This document shows positions 50,786 to 63,750 of a stretch of 64,000 nt of DNA, in pieces. How positions within the stretch are numbered: the first letter of the stretch is position 1; each line of letters begins with the position of its first letter. The stretch is from Callorhinchus milii. Its lineage: Eukaryota. The stretch lies in the NCBI RefSeq assembly GCF_018977255.1, contig NW_024704742.1:5644001-5708000 (forward strand), read 5' to 3'. The notes under the pieces were generated by a model. That model did not search any database and had not been told where the DNA came from. It saw only the letters and a program-made list of their open reading frames with translations. The translations under genes and the position numbers were made by a program.

Positions 50786-52010
50786 TACAACCTAAGAGGC
50801 AATGAACCAGACAAAGCACCAGCCACAATTGAAAGTAAGCAAAAATCAGTGGGAATATGAGCCAAGACTAAATAATAATAATTGCATTTGATATAACACC
50901 TTACCATGGGATCAAGATGTCTCAAAGCGCTTCACAGAATATACTGTAAAGTGGAATGACTGTTTGAACAAGAAAAACGTGGGACACAAGTTTCAATTTT
51001 ACACGGTATATAAGAAAGCGATCAGTCTGGTCAAAGGTGTCATGAACAGCACGATCATCCTATTCAGTCTAACAACAACTTGCATTTATAGTGTCCTTCA
51101 TGCAGGGTGGTGTACCAGAACACTTTAAGCACTGAGAACCATGCTGGACATGGGACAGGTGCCGACAACCATAGTTTTGAGACGTGGATCCTACGATCAC
51201 AGATACAGGAAACCTATTCCAGGAATGGCAAAATATCTCCTTGATGTTGCTCAAGGTTCTTTTAATCTAAGAACATGCTCATGGTGCTGTTGCCACCTAG
51301 TCCTCACTTAGTTAGGTAAGCAGTCGAGTGAGCTCACACGGGGGAGATAGTATAGATAAAAGTACCAGATCACTAAATGCACTTGAAAAAGGTGTCCACA
51401 AATTTGATTAATATTAAGATTGAATCACATTAGATTTGCAAATATACAAAAAATAAACTAATTCACGAGAGTCTAGAAGTACAGAACCTGGAGACAGTGG
51501 AATCATATAATGGGATGATAAGACTCTCAAACTCTAGAGGCTTGAATTCCCTTTAGTCTAAGCCCACAAAACCATTTTGTTTTAGTATACAATTGTGCAG
51601 AACTGCAAAAAATTCTTAATTTTTTCAAAACTGCACAAAGCCAATTTCCAAATTAAGATTGAAATTTATTTTTTTCACCAATTCTGCAATATCTTAAATG
51701 TTAAGACAAAATGGTCTTACAGAGCGCAGCAGGATGCTATCTTGTGCGGAGTCCTATATCAATGCAAGTCGTTGTTGTACAGGCTTCGACTAGATGGAAG
51801 TTCAGGTCTGGGGGCAATCCAACAGCAAGGTCAGTCATGCATGTGACCTTCCCAGTGAAATAGAAGTACTAACTTTTGAGGAATCAAAAGAGAGTAAGAA
51901 ATTAATCGTATCTTTTCTCCCCAAAGTATTCTCTGACAACTGTTGTCCCAACATGAAAGACGCTATACAAATGTAATTTGTTGTCGTTATAATATCCAGG
52001 CTCTGTGACT

Positions 52011-52115
52011 TATAATAATCATTGCGTTTGATCTAGCGCCTTATCATGTCTTCGAGACGTCTCAAAGCGCTTCACTGAATACAGTGTAAAGTCAATTGAC
52101 TGTATATGTTGTGGG
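52011..52115 (-). mobile_element. SINE tail fragment abutting a splice donor
   Basis: Begins about 12 nt into the intron after the first coding exon. Confidence 0.85.
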
Positions 52116-52126
52116 CTGTTACTTAC

Positions 52127-52415
52127 CAACCATCGCACTGACTTCACCAGCCATCAGAATTTGCTCGCTGCCATTGTACATGCCGACATCGATGATGCCC
52201 TTCCGGATGGTTTCTCCGACCTTTGCTCCCAGTAATACCGAACCAGCAGTTTCAAAAATTGAAGCAAGAATGCAGGCTTGACGTAGTGTCACTACTCCAG
52301 ACCCCACGGCAGTACCAAAAGAATTGGCCACATCGTTTGCACCCACAGAAAACGCAAGGATAAAGGCAATTATAAAGCCCAAAATTACCATCCACATGTA
52401 ATTCTCCAGCATCAT
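52127..52415 (-). CDS. SLC20A2: SLC20A2/PiT2 first coding exon (289 nt coding; whole exon 52127-52644)
   Basis: [40 protein letters not shown]...AGEVSAMVG. PiT signature GAND with D28 and E55, and N81-G-S sequon. Donor G|GTAAGT at 52126; pyrimidine-rich acceptor ending CAG at 52647-52645. Confidence 0.97.
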
Positions 52416-52644
52416 GTTTGCGTTTTAATTAGCGGAGGGGGGAAAGAAAAAAAAATCTTCAGTTCAAGTTTCCGTAAACAATGGTTTCTTCGGTGAAAGT
52501 GCTTATAGTGTTCAGAGATGTTGTACTGCTAACTAATGTATTTCTGGGTAGTGTTAATGCAGTCTGTTAGGCTCAGGGTTGTCAGCAGGCAAATGCATTC
52601 CATATTTTGTTCTCAACTTGGAAATGACAGGAGATGTTCAGCTC
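52416..52644 (-). other. SLC20A2: SLC20A2 5' UTR portion of first coding exon, containing two uORFs
   Basis: Lies between the acceptor (52645) and ATG (52415); upstream ATGs at 52603 and 52598. Confidence 0.7.
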
Positions 52645-53736
52645 CTGAAAAAGAAAAAAGGGTAAAACAAAAACGCGGTCATCATTGGATCAACACATTT
52701 TACACATCTGTTACATCAGACACATTCCCACAGTCAAATCACCGGGCTGAACAGCTATAGAAGACCCTTCTTCCCGCAAAACCTGACATATCCCCCCCAC
52801 ACACCCCGACAACAGATTCACCCCACACATACACCCCCCCCCCACCCTCCAACATAACCCCTTACACAGACTTTGACAAACCAACACACAACACATTCCT
52901 TCCTTATGACACAGACACCACAGCCATTCTCTAGTTATTAGAATCTCATTATAATAAAGAGCCAATACAACGACACCACTCGACATCCAGGCAGCAGTAC
53001 ACTTGATCTACAGACGCACACCACCTAAAAAGAGCTCCACCCATTGCACCACTGCAGTCAAACTGAAGAGAACACTGCTCAAATCGGTCGGTTAAGGAGT
53101 GTTGTGGTTGAAACAGGATTTCCAATATGTGCAGATATAGCAGCCAACTTTTCACAATATTACAGCGATTCACAGCAAAGAGTCGACGCAAACACAATTA
53201 GGTTGTGCCATTGCAATGCCAGGGCAGTATTTCTGAGTGGAATTGACATTGTTTACAGATCAGCAACTGGGATGAAAATAGGAACATTCTGTGCTCATGA
53301 GAAAGACTCGACTTTGGTCGTGAATCTGTTTGATGGAATGGAATTTGCAATCGGATCAGATTGGATCTGTTTAGCAACAACGTTGGGCAAGTTTCCTTAA
53401 TCCACACGCCTCTGTTTACCCAGTAATAAGTAGGAACTCGGTTGTTACATCCTTCAAATGACCAACAATTCATAAAATAAGTGGAAAGAGTTTTTAAAAT
53501 AGCACTTCAAGTTTGAGATAAGAACGTCACTGAAATTAATTGTAGTGACTGTTTGTGGATGAATGCAACGGATATTTGTGTCAGGAGATCTCACAAAGAG
53601 CCATGAGTTGAATACACAGCAAAAACCTGCTCGTTCACACACCGATTGACCTGCTGTCCCTTTCCATAATCTCACTTTATATTTCATTTTCCTGAGCAAT
53701 AATCTCAAAGGCACTTTAATGCAAAGGCACAGATAA

Positions 53737-54089
53737 TGGAGTCCTGTCGCTCAGTGGTTAGAGTGCTTGTCTCGCAAGTGAGAGACCTGGGTGCGATTCC
53801 CAGAATGGGCGAAAGTTTCCTTACTCCACACGCTTCTGTTTGCATAGGTAGGAACCCGGTTGTTAGTCGATTCGTGGATCACTTTTCCGGGGATAATAAT
53901 CCCTAAAAAATAACCCCAATAATTTGGTCACTGAATCCAAACCTGTTTGTGGGACACTGCTGTGCGCAATTGGCTGCTGCGTTTCGCCCGCAAATACAGT
54001 CACTTTACAGTATATTCTGTGAAGCGCTTTGAGACGTCGAGAAGCCGTGAAAAACGCTATATCAAATGCAAAGATTATTATTATTATAA
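53737..54089 (+). mobile_element. Young SINE, long form, full length
   Basis: Head, internal segment, core, tail. Confidence 0.92.
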
Positions 54090-54646
54090 TAATAACGGGG
54101 AAGATTGCTTTAAACGCCCCAGTTCAAGACCTGAAACATGGCAAAGTTTTTTTTTTAAAAAAAAGGCAGCCACAAATGAATGCGCATGTTTTCCAGCTCC
54201 CAGTGCTGGGTTTGCCGGCCTCACAGCTCCCCAGCGAGGAAGGAGTGTGTGAAACTTAAAGACGTGCGACATTTTGAAGAGCTTGTAGCAGTTGACACAA
54301 TCCAGTGCATTAACCCCACACCATTGATTCAAGGAATTCCTACTTCCTCACAAATCCAGCACAACAGGACCATTGTACGTCACTGACAGAGTGACAATTC
54401 CCCCTCCCCAGTATAAATGCCCAGCCCCCTTCCTTCACCTGATCGATTCGACTTGTGCACAACTTGAATTCATGGGATCGCCGAGCTCATCTGCTGAAAA
54501 CTGCAGGTCAAGGAATTTGTGTAAAGCACAAGGCACACTATGCGCAAAGCTTAAAAATTGTCAACACGACAGCTTCGGTATTTCACGCCAGTGGTCTTTC
54601 TGCCTTGGATGTAGAGAAGAATTCTACATCTACTGTAGTTAGTGTT

Positions 54647-55314
54647 ACAACAACAAAATGACATTTGTCGAGCGCCTTTCACATCGGGAGGACGTCCCAA
54701 AGCGCTGAACAGTCAGGTGTCGGGGCCCGAGCATGGGGGAGGGGTGGGGTAGGGGTGAGGGAAGGCAGAGAGGTGGGAGGGAGACCAAAGGCACGGCCGA
54801 AGAGAAAGGTCTTGAGACCGGCCTTGAAGGAGGTGAGGGAGGGAGCGAGGAGAGGGGACCATGGGATGGAGTTCCAGAGTGTGGGGGCAGAGAGGCTGAA
54901 AGCCCGGCCACCGATGGTAGGGCGGGTCGGGCGGGAGACATGGAGCAGACCGGAGCCCGATGAACGGAGGGAGCGGGCAGGCTCATAGGGAGTCAGCAGG
55001 TCAGAGAGGTAGGAGGGGGGGAGGCCATGGATGGTCTTAAAGGTGAGGACGAGGATCTTGAACTCGATCCTCTGGGGGATGGGGAGCCGGTGGGGTCGGG
55101 CGAGGGTGGGAGTGATGGGGTCACGGAGCCTGGTGCGTGAGAGTACACGAGCTGCAGAGTTTTGGATGATCTGCAGCTTGTGAAGGGAGGAGTTGGGAAG
55201 GTCGATGAGAAGGGAGTTCCTGTAATCGAGCCTTGAGGTGACGAATGCGTGGGTGAGGGTTTCGGCAGCCTGAGGGGTGCGGCAGTGGCAGAGTCTGGCA
55301 ACGTTGCGGAGGTG
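54647..55314 (-). mobile_element. Young L2 LINE, 5' truncated
   Basis: Closely matches 62479-63146; stem-loop tail and (TTG)n. Confidence 0.93.
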
Positions 55315-55980
55315 AATGCATGGGCGAGGGTTTCAACAGTAGTCAGTTACAGGCCCTCTCTGCAGGCACCAACGTGTTAGATGATTCTGATCAGAATTCC
55401 TCCCACTCACTGATGTCAGTGACATGCCGTTCAGAATCACATTTCAAAAGAAATTAGCCCGGATGGTATCCTGAGCCCCATCCCACTGCATTCCCGAGCC
55501 TCCATCCAACACATGGCTCGATTTCAGCACCAAATCTGTATTGATGTTTCAGCTGAGAAGCTACTCGCCAGTTCTGGGAATCTCTACTTAAATCACCAAA
55601 ATAATCAGTTCCTTTTGGTTTGGATGCATCACTGCGCTGGCTATAAAAGGCCATTTTCAAAAGGCTGAACTTTTGTCAGATCTGATATGAAACTCCCCAT
55701 TGAGCCAAGCCTTTGAAATGAGCCGCTCAGCTTCAATCTGTGTCTTGTTGACAGGAAGATGACTGAAGGCTCTCCACAACAGACCGCAGAAATTCTCCCA
55801 GAACCACGGAGAGCTCCATGGAAACTGCCCACTGCCCCCCACTGTCTCTGAATGAATGTTCCAGGTATCTCTGAGCATCAAACAAGAGAACTCAAACTAC
55901 ACCGGCAAGCGATTCTGGTTTAGAAAGTCAAAACTAGAAGGAATAAAAAAAAAAAAAGTTGAATATTACCATGAAGCTAT

Positions 55981-56258
55981 ATAATCCCTGCGTTTGATAC
56001 AGCGCTTTTCCCGTCTTCTAGACGTCTCAAAGCGCTTCAGAATATACTGTAAAGTGAATTGACTGCATAAATAATCCCTCCAAAACAAAAGAATAATAAG
56101 TTGGTCATTTTCAATCCACGACTGTTTGTGGGACGCTGCTGTGCGCAATTGGCTGCCGCGTTTCGCCCACAAATATACGGTCAATTCACTTTACAGTGTG
56201 TTCTGTGAAGCGCTTTGGGACGTCCTCCCGACGTGAAAAGCGCTATATCAAATGCAAG
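55981..56258. mobile_element. Two truncated SINEs fused head-to-head
   Basis: Minus-strand tail 55981-56066 joined to plus-strand core and tail 56070-56258. Confidence 0.88.
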
Positions 56259-56324
56259 CTTGGATCTACAGTAATTAGTGTTACATACCCCCTCTGTACG
56301 CTAACGTATGCCTTACATAGTTTA

Positions 56325-56732
56325 AATGTGTGTCAGCATGGCTCATTTGGTAGCACTGTCATGTCTGAGTCAGGAGGTTGGGGGTTCAAGCCCCACCACT
56401 GAATTTTCAACTCCAGAGTCTAAGCCAATGCTCCAGTGCAGTGAGGTGGGTGTATTGCTTTGATGGAGCAGATGACATGTTAAAACAAGGTCCCGTCTGC
56501 CTGTCCAGAAGGGCATTAAGGATTCCATGGCACAACTCAAAAAGAGAAGGGATTTTCGCCCAGTGTCCCAGCCAACAATCCCTCAAATAAAATTGGTCAA
56601 TTACTCCATAGCTGTTCGTGGATCATTGCAGTGTTTTCCTACTAGTACATAGCCACTACTGTAAAGTTCTATGAAGTGCTTCAAAATGTCTTCCTGAATG
56701 TGAAAGGTGATATATCGAATGTAAGGATTATT
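56325..56732 (+). mobile_element. Older DeuSINE (another decayed copy at ~57435-57745, minus)
   Basis: GGCTCATTTGGTAGCAC..GGGTTCAAGCCCCAC head and Deu-like domain. Confidence 0.7.
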
Positions 56733-58167
56733 ACACCGGAGATATATTATTATTGGCAGAGATATTTATCCCGATTGTGCTATTGCGTGAGTGCCGGTTA
56801 CCGAACACAAAACTGTTAAATCAAAGCCATCACAACTTTCAACGAGGATGAGAAAACCTTCAGTTCTCCAGCACTTCATTTCAATTACGATATTACAAAA
56901 TAAAAAACAACACAACATAACAGACCTCGGTGCTAGAAATCCATCTGGCAAACACAGCTGAGAATAGAAACTTACTGTAAGCTGCAGGAAGCAGTCCTAG
57001 ATGCGGTAAAGCCCCCCAGGGTAACCTTTCCCCTGCAGGGAAGGAGGTGGACACACCAGTTAGAGATTTATTGGCAAGATGCAGGCACGTTCTGCGGGAG
57101 TTGTGCGACCTCCAGATAGACAGGTGCCCTCTGGAGCTACTGCATCGTATCCACCACAATTCTGGAGGCTCCCTTAAAAAAGGCATTTGGCCTCATTGTC
57201 TAAACGCTGGTACAATCCAGCAAACCATTTAGAAAATGAGCACACTGTGCACTGCACAATGGTGACTTGTATGGTGCTGGGACAGAAAGCACAGCCGTGC
57301 CTCTCTCCCTCTCACAAAACACCGCGCACGACCAATAAAAGATCATTTTGACAAATAGATAATGGACAATGAGTGACGTTGAAAATTTACGTCAATCATA
57401 AACAAGCATTTAGAATGTGATTTTCAGCACCTTAACGCTGAAATATCTCAAAGCAATGAATTATTTACTGTTACGCAGAGTAAACTTATCTTTTCCCCCA
57501 CAGGCAAATGTGGCAGCCATTTTGAGCGCAGTAAGGTAGGAGGTGATTGACCAATTTATCTGGAGGATTGATCGCCACAGTGCTATGGGATCTCTGATAA
57601 ATAAGCAGAGGCAATCCCAATTTAACGTCTCAGTTGATGGATTGTACTGCAGAGTAGCACCCCACTCAGAGTGTCATCCTGGACTGTAAATTAAAGTCCT
57701 GATGTGGAGCTTGAACCTGCAATTTTCTGATCTACAGGAGAGTCTGTTGCTGGGGATTTAACTGAAAGACTTCATTTCTAAACCAAAATATATATTAAAC
57801 GCTGCCGCGTTTCACCCACAAATATACAGTCAATTCACTTTACAGTATATTCCGTGAAGCGCTTTGAGATGTCTAGAAGACGTGAAAAGCGCTGTAACAA
57901 ATGCAAGGATTATTATTCTATATATATATATGTGCCCTCACTTTGTAAACATAAGAAACAGTCACTGCACTGTGTGTGAGCGACATGACATCTCGCATCT
58001 AGTACTCCGAACTCTCAACACTGACAACAACCCAGATAGAGATGGAGAGCTGCTTGCTCCAAATAGAGAAAGAACCCTACAATCCCCAGATGAAGATACA
58101 TCAAGAGAGATAGAAAGCTACAAGGTCCAGATGGAGAAATACAAACCAATTTATTTGAGGACACATA

Positions 58168-58550
58168 ATAATACTTGCATTTGATACAGAGCTTTAACAT
58201 GTCATGGGGACTTCTCAAAGCGCTTCAAAGACTACACTGTAAAATGTGGGGATTGTTTAGTCTGTGGGTGAAACGCGGCAGCCAATTGTGCACAGCAGTG
58301 CCCCACAAACAGCCGTGGATCAAGTAGCCAAATTATTATTTTTTTTTTGAAGGGATTATTACCCCTGGAAGGTGATCCACCAATCGACTAACAAGCAGGT
58401 TCCTATTTACTGCTTAGTAAACAAAGGCGTGTGTGTGTGTGTGGAGTAAGGAAACTTGCCTAAGGTTTCACCTTGCCCGGGAAACCTTGCAAACCTAGGT
58501 CCTCTCGCTTGTGAGGCGAGTGCGGTAACCACTACGCTACAGGACTCCAC
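58168..58550 (-). mobile_element. Young SINE, long form, full length
   Basis: Head, internal segment, core, tail. Confidence 0.9.
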
Positions 58551-58910
58551 AATGGAGGGGGTAAAGGAGAGTGGGAGAGAACTGCAGATTTTGGGAGAGG
58601 AAGGAAGGGAGAGGTGGAGAGGGAGAGGGAAATGAGTCAATCTATTGCCTCGAGACGGATCCGGTTAGGATTCTCAGAATGCCGGACAGCAATCCTGTAT
58701 TGAACGAGAGCTTTCACATTGAGAGGCCAGAATGAACTGTCCATCTCCACGCAAGGGTGGTGGGTGTCTATATATGGAACGCGCACTCTCCCCTTTAAGG
58801 AAGATAGTAAGATAGCTACAAGCCCAGATACAGAGAGAGAGAAAAAGAAAAACAAACCCAGAGACAGAGAAAAGAGAGATATATAAAGAAAAGAGAGATA
58901 CAAACACAGT

Positions 58911-59105
58911 ACTTACTATTAGCTGCAATCGTAAGTGAGCATTTGTAAGTAAACAAACCCTCAGCAAAGTCGAACTAAAAATAGTCCTGCGTAGCCTTTT
59001 CGCTAGAAAGATCAATTCTTGCTTGCGATCAGTCTCGTGGGACAGATTACAGTGGACACCCTCGGAAACCTAGCAACTGGCCAGATTGATTTCACTCACA
59101 CTGAG

Positions 59106-59139
<34 letters not shown>

Positions 59140-59300
59140 TTTGCGTGACATAACTCGTGGAGCTGCAGAGAGTGACTGTTGTTCCAGGGCTCGCTCGTTC
59201 GACCCCACCATAGAGAGCTCTCAGAAAGCGTGTGCTCCTCTTATGAATCCACTCGCTGTCACTCAGCATTAACAGCCGGGTGGGGAATGGTGGGAGGGCC
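58911..59300 (-). promoter_or_regulatory. Candidate alternative first exon or regulatory element of SLC20A2
   Basis: TE-free apart from (GA)n. Donor-like GTAAGT at 58916-58911, MEF2 consensus CTAAAAATAG 58975-58984, forkhead GTAAACAA 58949-58956. Confidence 0.35.
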
Positions 59301-62300
59301 TCACTGATGGCATCACAGCCATGTGTTGCACATGCACAGGCCACTTGCTTGGCTGGAATGCTGGGCGCCTGTCCAAGCTATGGATTAAATTCACAGGAGC
59401 AACTGAGTCATTTATATTGTATCTCAACAACGGAGATTGGCAAGATTTAAATCCGATCAATCACAGGTCTCGACAGGAGAATATTTTTTTTTTTTTTTTT
59501 TTGCTCCGTAAAGCCACTTACTTGCATACATTGAAAGGGTGTTTGGATTAAACTCTGATTTCAGCCAATCAATCCACTCTAGTTATGTCCAGGGAAATTG
59601 TTTAAGAAGCAGCTAAAGCTAACGGCCAACAGCAAATTCTGCACTGAAATAAAAATGATTTGTTCAACACATTATCCAAAGGTCAAGTGGATTTGCTGGA
59701 TTTCAGGCACTGATCTGTGGAAGACAGCGGTGCTTTTCTACTTGTTCATATGTTCATTGTGCCCACAAAATACAGTGAATTCACTTTACAGTATATTCTG
59801 TGAAGCGCTTTGAGACGCCTAGAAGAAATGAAAAGGTGCTACATCAAATGCAAGGATTATTATTATTATTGCTATTATTATGACAAGAGGTGCATCTGGT
59901 CTGGTACGATACAGATTTGGCAGAGAGCAACCAAGCAGTAATATGTAACAGTGGCTGAGTCAATAACTTATAAGTGGTTGAGTTACTAGTGACGGTCCCA
60001 AAAAAGCTGGGTAGGTCGTGTAACTATCCTTCATCTTTTTCCTGTGTGACCAACTGTTTCCATCTTAAAAATATCACGTCAACAAACTCAAATCCAATCC
60101 TAGTTTGACGTGTCCCGCTCCGTGGCTCGAGAGCCTTAATAGTACAACAATGAAAAAAAGAAGGGAGTCATCGCCGAGAAAACATTTACAGCTCTCACCG
60201 ACAGTATGAGAGCGCAGCCAGAATACTACAAACGAGGGGCTTGAGTCGTGCCTGAGAACTGTACAACCTTACAGCACAGCTTCTGTGCTGTAACTCAGCC
60301 CATCAGTTCTGCGCTGGGCTCTGAACGCAAATCTAATCCCACTCTCAGGCTCACTCCCCCACCCGTTAATGTTCCTCCTCCTCCTCCTCGAAGAAGTTAT
60401 TAATGGACCTTGCTTCAAAGACGGATTGTGGCTGATAATTACACATTCCAGCCGCCCGCTGCGTAAAGTTTTTTTTTTTTTTTTGTCTGACCCACCCAGT
60501 TCTGTTTGGAATTATCCTGCGCCCTCTCGTTACTCACTCACCAAAGAATGGGGACGAATGGAATAATTTATCGCTGTTTACCTTTGCCTAACCTTAAAGA
60601 CCTTGATCAGGTCACCCTTAACCTACTCAGCTCTAGGGATTTAAGCTCTCGTTTCTCTTGATGACTGAAACCCTTGCCAAGGGTTACCAAGGAACAGTTG
60701 AGTGAATCTGCTCATCTTGTTTCCATTGCTTTGTGCACGCTTATGTTCGGCCACGAATGTTTTTATTGAAGGGCCTAGGAAAATCTGTTCTTCCAATTCT
60801 TAATTTAGAGCAAACTGACGTCAAAACGCCACCTTTCCCTGCTGTAGGAACATTGCTGCTATACTCCCCTCAAGTGTCCAGTACAGTTCTACTGTACAAA
60901 ACACTCCTATTCTCAAGACTGTAATTGGTCAAACGCTTGGTGTGAAAACGTAAACAGAATCTGCCTCTTATACCAGTGGATACGCATCTCGAGGATTCCA
61001 ACAGAACTATTTTTAGCAACACTGAAGGGCCAGTCGAGCGAAACGTTTCTATATGGAGTTGCAGTATGGAATTTATTTACTCGTGCATCTCTACAGTTGG
61101 CAAAAGACCAGTCATTAATGTTCCACTACTACTCGATCACTGCTATCGTTTCAAGAACTTCCAGAGATAAAACCTAAATCAAGTCAAACGCGTTTTTCTC
61201 GGCACTTTCCTACGTTCGCCACTTTTACTTCTCCGGATTGCCAGAGTTCTACGAGGCGCCGTTTCTGGGCCATCTTGTACCAACATAGCCCTAAAGTAAA
61301 GCTGGCAACAAATTAGACAATTGCATTCACATTCATGGAGGCAAAATACAATCGATTAAAAAAAAATTCAGTTCTTTACTTTCAGGACATAGAGACTTCC
61401 AGCTTAAAGTTATAATTTAATGCATAATCTACCTATAAGCGATCTACTTTCTGTGAAGAGCTTTCAGATACATGATAAGGTGCTGTATCAATGCAAGGCT
61501 TATTATAATGACGAACATCTTCAGTATTATTTTTTTTAATTCCCTGATCTAAAAACAGGTATATGTTTATAGCAGCTTTTTACATGTCAAGACATCTCAA
61601 AGCACTCCACAATAATTACATCAAGAGCAATGATGGTTTTGCATGTGCATTCTCCATTATCCCGCTCTCATTTCAAGCAAGAAGACTTTCGAACACTGAT
61701 GTAGAACCCTGTCAAACCTATGGGGTAAGCGTTCACGGATAACTGTGGTGATTTATTAAACGTACACTCAAATGTGGAAAACATGACAAATCTTCCAGCA
61801 CACGGCTAAACTCAGAGCTGCGTTCAAACAGGGATAGCCGGTGGCAGATTTGACAGAATCATTTAAGTCATTCTCAATGACGTGATAAGGTGCTACATCA
61901 AATACGAGGATTATTATTATTAGATAAAAGCTTGAAACTGGGGCTCTCTAGTGATACAGCAAGAAAGTGGTTGAACAGATTGATCTACAGTGTTATCCCG
62001 AGATCAAGGTGGAGGTAGATAAATATGTGTTAGGTCAGGGTATTAAGAGATATGGGGTAAGGGCGGGTAACTGGACTTGAGGTACAGATCAGCCATGATC
62101 CTATAAAATGGTGGAACAGGCTCGAGGATCTGAATAACCTACTCCTGTTTCTATGTCTATGTATCTGAGGATTGATCTATTATTATTATTACAGTGCTGT
62201 CCAGCTGCAGGTTTTGTAGCATGGTCAGGCAAGAGTCTGTATCCGGTTTTAGATCCACTGAGCTAATAAAACTCAATACGGACTGAAGATGAACTGTCTG

Positions 62301-62478
62301 ACCCGAGCTCCATATAAAACCTTTGAGGGATGATACCCTTTTCCAAAATGAATGATCGTCACAACCTGAACTGCCTGACCCGAGGAGGCTGAAGAATAAT
62401 TTTTAATGGGACTACAGAATAACTACAGGCACATAGACAGAAGTCAACACACCAGCTATGATCACAGTGTCAGTGTTT

Positions 62479-63584
62479 CAACAACAACAACGAAATGATA
62501 TTTATAAAGCGCCTTTCACGTCAGGAGGACATCCCAAAGCGCTGAACAGTCAGGCGTTCGGCCCCGAGCATAAGGGAGGGGTGGTGTAGGGTTGAGGGAA
62601 GGCAGAGAGTTGGGAGGGCGACCAAAGGCACAATCGAAGAGAAAGGTCTTGAGACCGGCCTTGAGGGAGGCGAGGGAGGAAGCGAGGTGAAGGGACTGTG
62701 GGATGGAGTTCCAGAGCGTGGGGGCAGAGAGGCTGAAAGCCCGGCCACCGATGGTAGGGCGGGTCGGGCGGGAGACATGGAGCAGACCGGAGCCCGATGA
62801 ACGGAGGGAGTGGGCAGGTTGGTAGGGAGTCAGCAGGTCAGAGAGGAGGGGGCAAGGCCATGGATGGACTTAAAGGTGAGGACGAGGATCTTGAACTCGA
62901 TCCTCTGGGGGATGGGGAGCCAGTGGGGTCGGGCGAGGGTGGGTGTGATGGGGTCACGGAGCCTGGTGCGTGAGAGTACACGAGCTGCAGAGTTTTGGAT
63001 GATCTGCAGCTTGTGAAGGGAGGAGTTGGGAAGGTCGATGAGGAGGGAGTTCCCGTAATCGAGCCTTGAGGTGACGAATGCGTGGGTGAGGGTTTCGGCA
63101 GCCTGAGGGGTGCGGCAGTGGCAGAGTCTGACAACATTGCGGAGGTGCTGGTAGGCAGTGCCGGTCATGGCGCGGATGTGGGAGAGAAAGGAAAGTTCAG
63201 GGTCAAAGAAGACCCCCAGGTTCCTGACTGGCTTAGTGAGGTTGAGTGTGCAGCCGTGGAGGCTGATGCTGCCAGCGCCCGAGGTGCGGAGGGGCTGGCA
63301 CGAGCCAATCAGGAGGGTCTCGGTCTTGCTGACGTTGAGTTGGAGAAAGTTGTCCCTCGTCCAGGACTTGATGTCCGACAGGCAGTTGGTCAGGACACCA
63401 GTAGTCTTGGAGTTGAGGGTGAGGCAGAAAGATAGAGTTGGGTGCCATCCGCATACATGTGGAAATTTACCCCATGTCTGCGGATAATGTCACCACAGGG
63501 GGAGCACGTAGAGGGTGAAGAGGAGGGGACCGAGGACAGAGCCCTGAGGAACACCGAACGAGACGGTGCGGGGGCTGGAGAAGC
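62479..63584 (-). mobile_element. Young L2 LINE, 5' truncated within the RT domain
   Basis: [16 protein letters not shown] / GVNFHMYADGTQLY / AFVTSRLDYGNSLL..LQIIQNSAARVL; frameshifted, with YADD changed to YADG. Confidence 0.95.
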
Positions 63585-63750
63585 TGTTTGTTTCACCCTG
63601 CAGATTGAACTTTGGCATAAGGTGCAGAAGTCTGGGTGTGTGTGTGTGTGTGTGTGTGAGACGCACACAATTGATTCAGCAGAATTCACTTCACAAGCTG
63701 CATTTAGTCCCAGGATTTACATGCCTTTGATGCAGAGCCTGACGATGACG

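Noticed and set aside
28158..52415. Assignment as SLC20A1/PiT1
   Set aside because: Lacks the PiT1 N-terminal extension; the loop, the GILPYV C-terminus and the neighbouring fossils fit SLC20A2
62479..63584. Active or domesticated reverse transcriptase gene
   Set aside because: 5' truncated, frameshifted, and catalytic YADD reads YADG
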